Assembly: GCA_964016885.1 (NCBI GenBank)
Contig: OZ024747.1
Span: 53,072,001 to 53,136,000, forward strand
Direction: 5' to 3'
Length of the DNA stretch: 64,000 nucleotides
Source of the DNA: Eledone cirrhosa
Lineage: Eukaryota
Below are positions 44,086-59,626 of this stretch, in pieces; positions within the stretch are counted from its first letter, which is position 1, and every line of letters begins with the position of its first letter. Below the pieces are notes generated by a model. The model had not been told where the DNA came from. It searched no databases and worked only from the letters and a program-made list of their open reading frames with translations. A program made the translations under genes and the position numbers.

Positions 44086-45501
44086 TCCTCTTATATATTC
44101 CTTGCATCACCTGAAAAGAATAAAATCTCTGACAAGAGACTACACTTGAGTAATTTGATCTATTTTTTCTGTATTTTATACTTAAATAACTCTCGTGGAA
44201 AACAAAGAAAAGAAAAAGTTTTAAATCATCTTCACCACCACCACCCCCATCACCACCACCTCCATCACCACCACCACCACCATCTCCATCACCACCATCA
44301 CCACCACCACCACCACTTCCATCACCACCACCTCCATCACCACCTCCATTACCACCATCACCACCACCACCACTATCACCACCACCTCCATCACCACCAC
44401 CATCACCACCTCCATCAGCACCACCACCGCCATCACCACCACCATCACCACCTCCATCAGCACCACCACCACCATCACCACCACCATCACCACCTCCATC
44501 ACCACCTCCATCACCACCACCACCACCACCACCAATACCAACACCACCACTCTCTCTCTGTCTCTGTCTCTTCGCTTCACTCTTTCTCTCTTTGTCTATC
44601 TGCCTGTCTCTCTATCTCTGTGAGAGACTGTCTCTCTCTCTCTGTTTCTCTCTCTCTCTCTCTGTCACTATCTCTTTATCCCTCTCTCTCATCCTGTCTC
44701 TATTTGTCTCTCTCACATCCACTTTCTGTCTCTCTTTCTTTCTCGATATCTCTGTTACAGACGGTATAGGCGGCGACGGTGGCGTTACTGTCGTATCATC
44801 ACACTTGTACCATCACCATCACCATCACTATCACCCTCATCATCATCATCACCATCATCATCACCATCACCATCACTATCACCCTCATCATCATCATCAC
44901 CATCATCATCACCATCACTATCACCCTCATCATCATCACCCTCATCATCATCACCATCATCATCATCACCATCACCATTACTATCACCCTCATCACCACC
45001 ATCACCACCACCACCAACATCATCACCATCAACACAACCACCAACATCATCATCACCATCACCCTCATCATCATCATCATCATTAACGTGATTATCATCA
45101 TCAATGCCATTATCAACATCAGCATCACAACTATCAATACCGCCGCCAATATTACCACCCTCACAACCATCACCATCATCATCATCATCGTCATTATCTC
45201 CCACCCTAGAAACAGCCCCCCCCCCACCATCATCATCATCATTCTCATCATCCGTTCTTTGTTAATATTTTATATTTCGTGTTTTTTTTTTGTCTAATCT
45301 GTGTTTTTATCTACTCTCTCTCTATCTCCCTCGCTCTCTCTCTATCCCCTCTCTCACTCTCTCTCTCTCGCTCTCTCTCTTTCTCTCTCCCTCTCTCACT
45401 CTCTCTCTCTCTCTTTCACTATGTGCGTGTCTGTGTATGTGATTGCATGTGTTTGTGTAGTGTGGCTATATGTAGGTATAAGATTGTATACGTGTGCATG
45501 C

Positions 45502-45532
<31 letters not shown>

Positions 45533-46326
45533 TGTATGTATGTATGTATGTATGTATGTATGTATGTATGTACGTATGTATGTATGTATTAAGTATGTAT
45601 ATGTATATATATGTATGTGTGTGTATGTATGTATATGTCTATGTATGTGTGTGTGTATATATGTGTGTATGTGTTTTGACGCGTGCTGAAATATTTTTCC
45701 TATTTATCCTACATCTTTCGTTATCATATATATACACACACACACGCACACATACACACTCACGCACACACACGCGCACACACACATATATACACACACA
45801 CACACGTATCTATATATAACATCATATTTATTTACTTATAGTTTTAGTTTAGGTTTCCGTTATATTCTATTCCCTTTTACCGTTATCAAATGGTGCTAAA
45901 CGAAGAGAAAGACAGTTCTGAATTTCATTTTGCCACCGCAAATGTAATTGCATTTTCTTAGAGTTTTGTTTCATGTCTATCTCCTTGTGAATATGATTTC
46001 ATAAATAATTGCTTAACTTTGAAGAAAACAGAAACAAAATCATGTAAAACGAAGAATAAAACTTACTTCAAGAAAACCTGAGTAAAAATAAAAAAAAACA
46101 AAACAAAATGGTTACAAAATAGAAACTGATTAAAGAAGGGAAAAAAAAAAGAAGGAATCTGATAATACCTAATAAAATAAATAAAACAAAAATAACAAAA
46201 GCAAAAAATGACTGAAATATTGTGAGAGAATATATATAAGAAATATAAAAAGAATGTTAGAATAAAATCTGGACAAAAAATATATGCAAAATGTATTATA
46301 TATATATATATATTTATATATATATG

Positions 46327-46361
<35 letters not shown>

Positions 46362-46374
46362 TTATATATATATG

Positions 46375-46462
<88 letters not shown>

Positions 46463-46469
46463 TACATAG

Positions 46470-46550
<81 letters not shown>

Positions 46551-46557
46551 TACATAG

Positions 46558-46630
<73 letters not shown>

Positions 46631-46725
46631 TATATACATATATATACATATATATATACATATATATACATATATATATACATATATACATATATATACA
46701 TATATATACATATATATATATACAC

Positions 46726-46756
<31 letters not shown>

Positions 46757-46790
46757 CATACATATATATGTATATATACATACATACATA

Positions 46791-46844
<54 letters not shown>

Positions 46845-47125
46845 CATACACACACACATATATATATTTATACATCTGTGTATATTATTATATTATACAT
46901 ACATATATATGTGTATAATACTTACATATATAAATACAAGTAAAATCCTGAGACACTTGAAAATAATATCAAGCTAGATATTGAAATAAAAACGTAATAC
47001 ATTCTATATCTCCACCGGACACCATTGTATTTCTAACAGTCAAACGTTGATAGAAATATCGGAAGCCGTGAGGCCTTCATCAGCGGAATTGCAATTAAAA
47101 ATAAAATTTCATGAGTAACTCATTA

Positions 47126-47178
<53 letters not shown>

Positions 47179-47181
47179 TAT

Positions 47182-47378
47182 ACTTTGGTACGCTTTCATC
47201 AGATAAAATACAAAGCGTGTTTTATAAATTTTGACATAGCCAAAAGAACATACCTTATCAGTTGAAGTATCCAAGGATAATATCCTTGGATACTTCAACT
47301 GATAAGGTATGTTCTTTTGGCTATGTCAAAATTGATAAAACACACTTTGTATTTTATCTGATGAAAGCGTACCAAAGT
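47182..47378. repeat. Near-perfect 197-bp palindrome of a family A PLE end
   Basis: Arms 47182-47279 and 47281-47378 with a single-base centre. Confidence 0.95.
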
Positions 47379-47410
47379 TTTTGGTACCCTTGAAATATAT
47401 ATAATAGAAT
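47351..47410 (+). ncRNA. Type I hammerhead ribozyme (family A)
   Basis: ATTTTAT-CTGATGA-AAGCGTACCAAA/GTT/TTTGGTACCCTT-GAAA-TATATAT-A-ATAGAAT. Confidence 0.85.
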
Positions 47411-47527
47411 AAATATAGTTTTATAAATATAGTTTTCATTTATTTAATATCATTGAATATTTACTCCAGAAACTTGTCGAGTGCTCTAAATCAGTTATAA
47501 ATATTTATATTCTCCGAGTGAAAAGAT

Positions 47528-47611
47528 CCTTCTGACGAGAGTTTTTCTTTGCAACGGATGCCGTATGGACTGTCCGTTTATTTTTGAGACTCGAAACCGA
47601 TTCGGTAAAGG
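47528..47611 (+). ncRNA. Type I hammerhead ribozyme with a full stem III and long stem II
   Basis: CCTT-CTGACGA-GAGTTTT...GAGACTC-GAAA-CCG/ATT/CGG-T-A-AAGG. Confidence 0.85.
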
Positions 47612-48313
47612 TAACCATAGTAAGTAAAGTTATTTTTAAAAAATTTATTTTGAAACTTTTTCTTATTTGCTAAACCTTGATTATATATGTTCTGCTTCGT
47701 TAATTTATTAACCTGCCATTGAACCACATTGGCATATGGTTGGACAATACATGTGTCCCTAAGCGCCTTGTGCGTGTAGGAACATATACTCTATTATATA
47801 TATATATATATATATATGTACCGTGGCATTGGACACGGTCACGCACGAAAATATGGTGAATATCGAAAACAGAAATCCGATTAGTTTGCGTAATCAACTA
47901 AAGTAATACTTAAAAAAAGCAAGTTAAAATTAAACTACTTTAATATGGTGTTATATTTATTATATCAATTACTTCGAACTTATAATAACATATTTCTCTG
48001 GTGCAAAAGATACTGCTAAAGAAAAGTGGAAATATTGGGAGACCTGAAGCGTTCATAAACGGAATTTCAAAGGAAATGTAGGGGGAATTATTATATACTA
48101 GGATTCTTTTCACCAACCTGATGCGCATGTGTATATGTGTCTGCCTGTGTGTATATGTGCATATGCATACATTTATATGTATGAGTATATAAATATAAAC
48201 GTGCAAACAAAGACACACTTACAAAAATACACACTCACAGACATACATTCATACGAATACACTTACATACACACAGAAACACACATACATTTACACAAAC
48301 ACACAGCGTAATA

Positions 48314-48462
48314 ATTGTTTCTACTTTTGGTACAAGGCCAGCAATTATCCCAGTGTATTACTGGTACTTTATTTTATTGACCCCCGTAAGGATGAAAGGC
48401 AAAGTGATCCTCGGCTGGATTTGAACTAAGACTACAAAGGGGCGTAATACTATGCTGTAAAG
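48314..48462 (-). mobile_element. tRNA-SINE S1, 5'-truncated
   Basis: Matches 9332-9475. Confidence 0.85.
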
Positions 48463-48774
48463 CAAGTAATAATGGGACGTCAATGACTGTTTTGCTATAG
48501 TTTTTTCCCCATACCCTTTCTTCCATTTACACTCATATTCATTCACACAAACACACACTGTGCGATGGACGGACGGACGGAAATCGCTCAAATTCATATA
48601 TAGATTTCTATCAATATACAGCTTGGTTATATTTTAAAGAGTCCTTTCGTTTCAGCTGTACCTCATTATATTATTACTACACATCTGATCTAAAAAATTA
48701 TATTGAGCTCTTTATCAATTACTTTGAAAGTGCAGAGTCTGTCCTCACTTTAAAAAATATCTTCACGCACAGGC

Positions 48775-48864
48775 ATTGCACGATAGAATTAATTAATAAT
48801 TATTGGTATATAATATATGGTATATCGTGCAATGGCCATACTCGATAACGAGGGGGCAGCCATC
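48775..48864 (+). mobile_element. 3' end of a related RTE-type element
   Basis: TGGCCATACTCGATAACGAGGGGGCAGCCATC+(ATGT)n parallels the 3' end of the 607-bp element. Confidence 0.6.
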
Positions 48865-48975
48865 ATGTATGTATGTATGTATGCATATTTATATAGTTAA
48901 AAGTTCCACACATACACACACAAACATATGTATATATATATATATAATGTATATATATATAGATATGTATATATA

Positions 48976-49028
<53 letters not shown>

Positions 49029-49075
49029 GCATATATATATATGTATATATATGCATATATATATATGTATATATA

Positions 49076-49146
<71 letters not shown>

Positions 49147-49214
49147 ACACATATATGTGTGTGTATATATACGTATACACATATATGTATGTATGTATAT
49201 GTATATATATATAT

Positions 49215-49820
49215 GTCAGGTCACCATTTGGTGCTACTGGTAACATGTATCCCAGTACAACCTGTCTCATGGTCGGGTCGTTGGCGACTAAACTGGCAAC
49301 CCCACCAAGGTTTCTTGGTAAGGAGGGTGACTTTGGACATCCTGCAGGACTAAAAACAAAACCTGTCAAAGGGCAAAGGAGCTCTTAAGAGTCAATGGCC
49401 ATCCAAAATCACCGGGAGAGATGACCCCTTAGCCTTTGTCAAGGCAGAATTCTAGGAGAAGGAAAACTCTGATATAACACCTGCAACCCTGATGGTATCC
49501 AATGATGTTGACTTGTTCTTCTTTTTGGTAAATATCATCTTGGTTAAGAGAGTGGGACTGGCTTTGTGCAGTGCCTTTGCTCACTATAAAAGCTTCACGG
49601 CACAGGCATTGCTTTATATCTGGAGATCTCTGCACTTGTCGTCACAGGGTACCATGGGCCCAGCACTATGTGTCAATAATTGTCACAAGTGTAGTGTTTG
49701 TACCAGAGTTTTCAAGTCGCTGGCTGGACTAAAAAGTCACACTCGTTCAGCGCATCGGTAGGAGTTCTCCTACATGGATATAAAGTAGTGGCCGTACTCG
49801 AAAACGAGTTGGCAGCCACC
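49215..49820 (+). mobile_element. RTE-derived non-autonomous element, copy 4
   Basis: Near-identical to copy 1. Confidence 0.85.
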
Positions 49821-49886
49821 ATATATATATGTATAGATATACATATATGTGTATATATATATATACATACATGCATATATACATAC

Positions 49887-49948
<62 letters not shown>

Positions 49949-50539
49949 TCATATATACATGTGAGATGTGAGTGCATGCATGTATGTATGTAAGTATAAT
50001 ATACGTATACACGAAATTATAAACATAAGTCTAATATATAACACAAACAAAATAATATCCATACATATGTTAATAGAAACCATTTATATGCTGTCTTAAA
50101 GTATGTTAAAGAATCTGTCAAGTTCGTGATATTATCGAAAACTAAAATAATATATATATATATATAGCATTTTCAAATAGAGTTTTCTCCAAATTTTTCT
50201 CCATGTCTGTCAAAGGTTAAAAACGTTGATATGTGAGGAATTGGATGGATTCTTCTGGATGAATGGAAGAATCATTTTCAATTACACTTCGATGGACCTT
50301 TTGTAGTTTATTCAATACATAAAAAAAGAAATCTATTAAGTTAAGAATTTGTTAGAGACAAAGAATAAAATGAACGACGAGTCGGAGTTAGTAGAGAAGA
50401 TTTTAAACAATTTTTTTTTCACAAGAGTTTTATATATGTGCATATATGTGTGTGTGGTGTGTGCATATGGGGTGCATGTGAGTATGTGATATATGTGTGG
50501 TGTATGTGTGTGTGTATTTGTATAAATACAAAATGTAAT

Positions 50540-50572
<33 letters not shown>

Positions 50573-50575
50573 AAT

Positions 50576-50668
<93 letters not shown>

Positions 50669-50730
50669 CATGTATAAATATATATAATATATATACATAT
50701 ATAAATATATATATATATATATGTATATAA

Positions 50731-50804
<74 letters not shown>

Positions 50805-50813
50805 TTATAAATG

Positions 50814-50844
<31 letters not shown>

Positions 50845-51039
50845 GTATATATATATATATTTATATATGTATATATATATATATATTTGTATATGTATAC
50901 ATATTATATATATATATATATACATATTTATATACATATATATATATATTTATATATGTATATATATATATAATATATATATACATATATAAATATATAT
51001 ATGTATATAAATATGTATATATATATATAATATGTATAC

Positions 51040-51091
<52 letters not shown>

Positions 51092-51492
51092 TATATATGT
51101 AATATATATATATATATATATATAATATATATACATATATAAACATATATTATACATATATAAATATATATATATGTATATATTTATATATATAGTATAT
51201 ATGTATAGATATATACATATATAAATGTATATATATATACATATAAAAATATATATATATGTATATATATATATAAATGTATATATATAACATATATATA
51301 TATACATATATATAAATATATATATATAATATATATATATATATACATATATATAAATATATATATATAATATATATATATACATATATATAGATATACA
51401 TATATAAATGTATATATATATATTGTATATAATATATATATTTATATATATAAATGTATATATATATATAATATATATATATAAATGTATAT

Positions 51493-51526
<34 letters not shown>

Positions 51527-51537
51527 AATATATATAA

Positions 51538-51571
<34 letters not shown>

Positions 51572-51667
51572 TGAGAGAGAAGGAGAGAGAGAGAGAGGGA
51601 GAGAGAGAGAAAGAGAGAGAGAGAGAGATATTCACCACCTTTTAGATGCACACATGTACGCAAACGC

Positions 51668-51699
<32 letters not shown>

Positions 51700-52081
51700 A
51701 CGCACACACACACACACAGATATACACACATACACACACACACCTATATATGTATATGATTACATATGTGTTGGAGAGATTGGCTGCAGGTTATCCAACC
51801 TTTTCATTGATCTAAAAGACGTCCTGCTTAAATAACAGCAAATCATGTGTTACTAATCACTCCAGCTCACCTGCCCACACCATTTCCCCACTCATTTTCT
51901 CATGTCCTTTTACACCATGACTCTGGTTACTTGCTATCACAAGGAACAACCTCTCATCTTTTGCATTTGTCGCCTTGTTCCGTTTGGATTACACATTGTA
52001 GAGGAGTTTACCTAAATTACACTTTAACACCCTTTCATTTCGCTGCCTAATACTACGGAACATTTCATTTTGCTGTCTACC

Positions 52082-52231
52082 CAGAGCCTATGGGAGGGAG
52101 ACCAGCGGGACTTTGTTCTGGGATCCAAGAGCTAAGAAGGCCCCACAGCAATCATACAACATCCATTTTGAGAAAAAAATCTGTGCATGGGGGTCTTGTA
52201 CCGCCTTGCAAAATTTCTCTTGGAGGCCCTG
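52082..52231. mobile_element. hAT-type MITE
   Basis: Imperfect TIRs CAGAGCCT/AGGCCCTG and a perfect 8-bp TSD TGTCTACC at 52074-52081 and 52232-52239. Confidence 0.8.
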
Positions 52232-52239
52232 TGTCTACC

Positions 52240-52313
<74 letters not shown>

Positions 52314-52704
52314 TCATACAAAACACCACACCACTATACATAGAAACATTTATACACCTATACAAGCTACAGATTACACAGTAATCTTCCATGTTCGTAC
52401 ATATATGAACACACAAACATATTCGCTAACTCCACACATACTCATAACTCTAAATATACACCCAATTTCTAGACGTAAACCCTTGATGTCTATTGAGTTC
52501 TTACCCTCATCCAGTTCTCTTCTTCGATTCTTTCCTTCTATTCTTTCTGATTTAGGTACAATCTTATTCTGGTTGAGGGGAAAGTCGATTAAATCGATCC
52601 CAGTGCGTTACTCTAACTTAGTGAAGCCTCGCCAGAGTAGGCCCATTTAGCATCTAGCCATTCTCACCCATCTTTCATGACACTAATGATAATGATAATA
52701 ACGG

Positions 52705-52910
52705 GTTCTGATTTTGGCACAAGGCCAACAATTGTGGAGGAAGGGAAAGTCGATTAAATCGACTCCACTGTATTACTGGTACTTTATCTTATCGACCTCG
52801 TAAGGATGAAAGGCGAAGTTGCTCTCGGTAGAATTTGAACTCAGAACGTAAAAAGGCTATAATTCTATGCCGGTAAGTAGGTTGTCCGATGCTCTACCAA
52901 TTCTGCCAAC
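52705..52910 (-). mobile_element. tRNA-SINE S1
   Basis: GGCACAAGGCCA...GGATGAAAGGCGAAGTT...GAATTTGAACTCAGAACGTAAA. Confidence 0.85.
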
Positions 52911-53261
52911 CTCTTACTGCAACCATGTGGTACTTGCCCATTTCTGCCATTCTACAGGATATAGCCATTTAAACCACATCTGCTCTCCAACGTGCTGTCA
53001 TCTTTATATTTTCCCTTCTGCTTGTTATTTCTGACTTTAATTTAATAAAACGATTAACACGAAACATCTGATTCGTCTCTTTCTATTCGCTGAAAAGGTT
53101 TCCACCGAACACACATTGTTCATATTTACTGAGCACATATTTTGTCAACCACAAGCCATGTTTTTTCCAGTTTTCGTTTACTAAAACTTAAACCCACACG
53201 ATTTAACTGCTTCTTCCCTTGTAATCTTGTATGATCTTTACGCCCCCCCCCTCTCTCTCTG

Positions 53262-53316
<55 letters not shown>

Positions 53317-53448
53317 GTGTGAATGCATGTATAGTATATTTTCCAATATACCGTATGTTTAATTAAAAAACATTTAGAAGACCATACGCTATCAGTTTTA
53401 AAGTAATGACTATGTCACTTACTTATTTTCGGCGAAAGACGGGAGAGA

Positions 53449-53490
53449 GGCTGACAGTCTGTTTCACGCTGGTTGGTTTTCATCAGAACC
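53449..53490 (-). ncRNA. Type I hammerhead ribozyme (GUC site, weak stem II)
   Basis: GGTT-CTGATGA-14 nt-GAAA-CAG/A/CTG-T-C-AGCC. Confidence 0.65.
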
Positions 53491-54204
53491 ACGTACCCAC
53501 CTGCTTCCGCCAATAATTACAGAAGTTGGATTCTTATAGAATTACAGTAATAACCAGGAGCTGATTATACAGAGCGATGTGTCGGTCCAGCAAAATTAGG
53601 ATTGGTTCTCTTAGCAATTTTAATTTTCTTTCTAGTGCATTGTATGGTTTTCAAAAATTATTTAAATTTGTGTTCTTATTCAACAAGGTTTCAAGCAAAC
53701 TACAACACTCTGATATATATATATAACATTAATATAAAATAAAAAAAAATATACTTATTAAACAAATAAAAAAAGACAAACTGTAAATGAAGTTTATTTC
53801 ACGTTCAAAGTATATTTCATTTCTTATAACTATGGTAAAATAACGTATTTTAGAAGTTTAATTAAACACATATTACTGACTATTAAGGAAGAGGGTGGGT
53901 GTGGAGTGAGAGTGATGAGGTGATGGTGGCGGTGGTGTCATGTTGGGAGATGGGTTTATATTGATGGGAGGATGTAAGTGTGATGTTGGTTGTTATGCTG
54001 GATGTGAGGTGGTTGAGAAATAGATGTGGTAGGGGTGTTGGTGGTGAAGGTGATGGCGATGATGGGGATTGCGATGGTTATAGGGATGAAATAATAGCAG
54101 CGTTAGGTGGTGGTGGTGGTGGTGGTGGTTCTGGTTGTGGCGGAGGCGTTGGCGAATAAGGTTGTTGTTGTTGTTGTTGGTGGCTGTAATTGTGATTGTG
54201 GTCC

Positions 54205-56065
54205 TTGGTGGAAGTGATGGTGGTGTTAGCATTGATGGTGGTGGTGGTGTTGGCATTGATGGTGATAGTGAGGGTGGTGGTGGTGGTGGTGGTGGTGGTG
54301 TTAGCATTGATGGTGGTAGTGAGGGTGGTAGTGATAGTGAGGGTGATGGTGGTGGTGGTGGTGGTGGTGGTGTTAGCATTGATGGTGGTAGTGAGGGTGG
54401 TGGTGGTGTTGGCATTGATGGTGATAGTGAGGGTGATGGTGGTGGTGGTGGTGTTAGCATTGATGGTGGTAGTGAGGGTGGTGGTGATAGTGAGGGTGAT
54501 GGTGGTGGTGGTGGTGGTGGTGGTGGTGTTAGCATTGATGGTGGTAGTGAGGGTGGTGGTGGTGGTGGTGTTGGCATTGATGGTGGTAGTGAGGGTGGTG
54601 GTGGTGGTGGTGTTGGCATTGATGGTGATAGTGAGGGTGATGGTGGTGGTGGTGGTGGTGGTGGTGTTGGCATTTATGGTGATAGTGAGGGTGATGGTGG
54701 TGGTGGTGGTGGTGTTAGCATTTATGGTGGTAGTGAGGGTGATGGTGGTGGTGGTGGTGGTGGTGGTGTTAGCATTTATGGTGGTAGTGAGGGTGGTGGT
54801 GGTGGTGGTGTTGGCATTGATGGTGATAGTGAGGGTGATGGTGGTGGTGGTAGTGGTGGTGGTGTTAGCATTGATGGTGGTAGTGAGGGTGATGGTAGTG
54901 GTGGTGGTGTTAGTATTTATGGCGGTAGTGAGGCTGATGGTGGTGGTGGTGATGTTGGCATTGATGGTGGTGATGTTGTCATTGATGGTGGTAGTGAGGG
55001 TGATGGTGGTGGTGGTGGTGTTAGTATTTATGGCGGTAGTGAGGCTGATGGTGGTGGTGGTGATGTTGGCATTGATGGTGGTGATGTTGGCATTGATGGT
55101 GGTAGTGAGGGTGATGGTGGTGGTGGTGGTGTTAGCATTTATGGTGGTAGTGAGGGTGATGGTGGTGGTGGTGGTGGTGGTGGTGTTAGCATTTATGGTG
55201 GTAGTGAGGGTGGTGATGGTGGTGGTGTTGGCATTGATGGTAATAGTGAGGGTGATGGTAGTGGTGGTGGTGTTAGCATTGATGGTGGTAGTGAGGGTGA
55301 TGGTGGTGGTGGTGGTGGTGGTGTTAGCAGTTATGGTGGTAGTGAGGGTGGTGGTGGTGGTGGTGGTGTTAGCATTTATGGTGGTAGTGAGGGTGATGGT
55401 GGTGGTGGTGGTGGTGGTGGTGTTAGCATTTATGGTGGTAGTGAGGGTGGTGGTGGTGGTGGTGTTGGCATTGATGGTAATAGTGAGGGTGATGGTAGTG
55501 GTGGTGGTGTTAGCATTGATGGTGGTAGTGAGGGTGATGGTGGTGGTGGTGGTGTTAGTATTTATGGCGGTAGTGAGGCTGATGGTGGTGGTGGTGATGT
55601 TGGCATTGATGGTGGTGATGTTGTCATTGATGGTGGTAGTGAGGGTGATGGTGGTGGTGGTGGTGTTAGTATTTATGGCGGTAGTGAGGCTGATGGTGGT
55701 GGTGGTGATGTTGGCATTGATGGTGCTGATGTTGGCATTGATGGTGGTAGTGAGGGTGATGGTGGTGGTGGTGGTGTTAGCATTTATGGTGGTAGTGAGG
55801 GTGGTGGTGGTGGTGTTAGCATTGATGGTGGTAATGAGGGTGATGGTGGTGGTGGTGGTGTTGGTGTTGGCGACAATGGTAGTAGTGAGGGTGATGATGA
55901 TGGTGGTTTTGGCGTCGATGGTGGCAGTGTGTGTGTGTGTGTGGGGTGGTGGTGGTGATGATGGTGGTGTTGGCGACGTTGAGGGTAGTGATGATGATGG
56001 TGATGGTGGTGGTGGTGTTGGCGACAATGGTAGTAGTGAGGGTGATAGCGGTTGTTAGCATCTAT
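54205..56065. repeat. Triplet-phased GGT minisatellite with higher-order duplications
   Basis: Units GTT(A/G)GCATT(G/T)ATGGTGGTAGTGAGGGT(GGT)n. Confidence 0.9.
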
Positions 56066-56390
56066 GGTGGCAATGAAACAGCAGTGGTTACCAGATGTAC
56101 CATCATGCTTATTAAATACAGTTGGACAAATCTGTTGGATAGTTCAAGAAAAGAGAACCCTCTCCCACACACAAACCATTCACACAAATAAACACACACT
56201 GTCTCCTACATAAATACTCATACATATATTGAAGCACAGGGATACTATATATGTGTATGTATGGTTGTAAAATACAGACATTATACATACATACAAACAT
56301 ACATAGAAATATTTTTCTTTCCCTCGCTATCACCGGCTCTGTCATTCTTTTTCAGTTTCTCTCTTTTTTATGTACACACACACACACACA

Positions 56391-56498
<108 letters not shown>

Positions 56499-56953
56499 AT
56501 TGACTTCATAACATCAATGAAGAGAAAAAGAAGAAGAAGAAGAAGAAGGAGGAGGAGGAGGAGGAGCAGAAGAAGAAGATGAAGGAGAAGAAGAAGATGG
56601 AGAAGGAGAAGAAGAAGAAAAAGGAGGAGGAGGAGGAGGAGGAGGAGGAGGAGGAGGAGGAGGAGGAGAAGAAGAAGAAGAAGAAGAAGAAGAAGAAGAA
56701 GAAGAAGAAGAAGAAGAAGAAGCATTGGGAAAATTTGAAATGTGTGAATTCTAACACATTAGATGAGAAAATTGAGTCAGGAACCATTTTAGATGGAAAA
56801 CATTGGACAGGGGACCTCTGCCTCTGTTTACCGTCTCCAGGCTTTCTCAACTAATTTCCACTATTATTGTTGTCACTTAACATTGGGACGTACTCATTGT
56901 TATTTCTTATGTATGTATATATATGTGTGTGCGTTTGTGTCTGTATGTGTGTG

Positions 56954-57365
<412 letters not shown>

Positions 57366-58049
57366 ATATATATATTGTGGATACGATTTGGAAGGTGCTA
57401 CAATGTAAGGGTTTTAGAATATTGACGTAACAAATACGGATGAGGAAGGAGATAGGTGACATTCAGTGGAAAGCAGGAAAGGAAAAGGAAGAAAACAAGA
57501 AACCAGTAATTTTGTAACCTTAGTACTATTTATTAATCCCGATATATTTCGGATATCGTATCTATTCTCAAAGGATCTGTTGGAAACAACGACAGGCAAA
57601 TCCTCCACACACAAACACACACATACGGCAAACCCATCTACAACACAGAGTACAACAAAACAAGAACAATAAAAATTCCATATATTTCCACCCATTTCCA
57701 CTCGTCAGGCACACAGCGTAACATCTCCCCCTACTAACACACACACACCCTACAATACAAATCTAGAAGAAACGTTGCCTCATAAAAGAATCATTTGTGC
57801 CAGAATTTAATTTCTTTATGACTAGACTAAAGATTAATATTGATAATCAAAGGAGTGTAGTTGGTCGTTATCCTGATAAAGGATTAGACGGAGATTAGTA
57901 AAGGATTAGTGATAGCTACAACTAGTGAAACCAATTTCATCAGGGGAAAAAAAATAAAAAAATTTAAGACTAATAGCAGATTTATTTTATTTCTTTCTTT
58001 TCCCCCTCTCTGTCTTTCGCTGAAATATATGTATATATGTATGTATATG

Positions 58050-58117
<68 letters not shown>

Positions 58118-58259
58118 CACACACACACACATACACACATATATATATATACATATACATATATATATATATATATATATACATTATATATAAATATATA
58201 TATACATTATATATATATATATATATATATACATTATATATATATATATATATATATAC

Positions 58260-58357
<98 letters not shown>

Positions 58358-58388
58358 GAATATACATATATGAATATATATATGTATG

Positions 58389-58441
<53 letters not shown>

Positions 58442-58497
58442 ACGTATGTGTATACGTATGTATGTATATATAAATATGTATGTATATATATATATCC

Positions 58498-58549
<52 letters not shown>

Positions 58550-58782
58550 TATATATATACATATATATATGTGTATGTACACACACAGTCACAGACACAC
58601 ACACACAGACCCCCCCCCCATATATATATATATATATTCCTGGTTTCAGTTATTGAACTGCACTTATGACGGGGCACCACCTTTGATGGTCTAGTCGATC
58701 ATTTCAACCGCGGGGATTATATTTCCATAGTTTATTGTATTGAACACTATTTGTCATTCCACTGAGATACATATATGAATGA

Positions 58783-58853
<71 letters not shown>

Positions 58854-59239
58854 AATAATGGAGCTGCGGCGCTGCAAATGGGTTACATATGAAAAAGTTT
58901 GTCCTCATCAGTGGCTATCCAACCGTCGTAGGCATTTCGTCGCATTAAAGGCCATATACCTCAGGTTGGTGCGAGCAACAGCTAAAAAATAGTCGTTGGG
59001 ACACGTAAATAAAGGGGACGCTAGGGTAAACAAACAAAATGGTTTAAGCAGCAGAAAGTGATGAAGAAGGAAACAAGTCCCAGATTTCTATGAATATAAA
59101 TTCGGTGGAATCGTGAACGAGAGAATAAAGACCATCAAACCTGGTTGAAATGTGAGCAAGGAAGGAATTTCGCACAGGTCTAACGGGAGGAAGAAGGGGT
59201 CTGGTCTGCGAATTCGGTAAACATAAGTTCTGTGAAGTC

Positions 59240-59287
<48 letters not shown>

Positions 59288-59291
<4 letters not shown>

Positions 59292-59400
59292 GTGTTAAAC
59301 AATAGTCAATGATTATGTCAAAGAATGAGTTTTACAGTAGATTGGAAGCACTCTACGGGAAAAATAATTTTCCGGAGTTATTAATATTAAAATATAAATA
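59288..59400 (-). mobile_element. Family A PLE 3' tail without the HHR
   Basis: Reverse complement of 3425-3530. Confidence 0.75.
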
Positions 59401-59408
59401 TTAATAAA

Positions 59409-59439
<31 letters not shown>

Positions 59440-59470
59440 AAGAATCAAAGAACTGTTCAAAACATTTTTA

Positions 59471-59517
59471 TGCTTACAACTGTTTCCTCCAAACCGAGGT
59501 TTGGATTCTTCGGAGCA
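59471..59517 (-). ncRNA. Type I hammerhead ribozyme, CCGAAGA core variant
   Basis: TGCT-CCGAAGA-A-TCCAAACC/TC/GGTTTGGA-G-GAAA-CAGTTGT-A-AGCA. Confidence 0.7.
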
Positions 59518-59626
59518 ATTTATTAATGAATGAACACTTATATGACCTCCTTTTCACCCAAGAGACATACAGATACATTTTTGTATTTACATAACCATAA
59601 ATAGTATAATTAATACTATATATATA

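Noticed and set aside
57925-57946. Minus-strand CTGATGA
   Set aside because: No GAAA or stems in register
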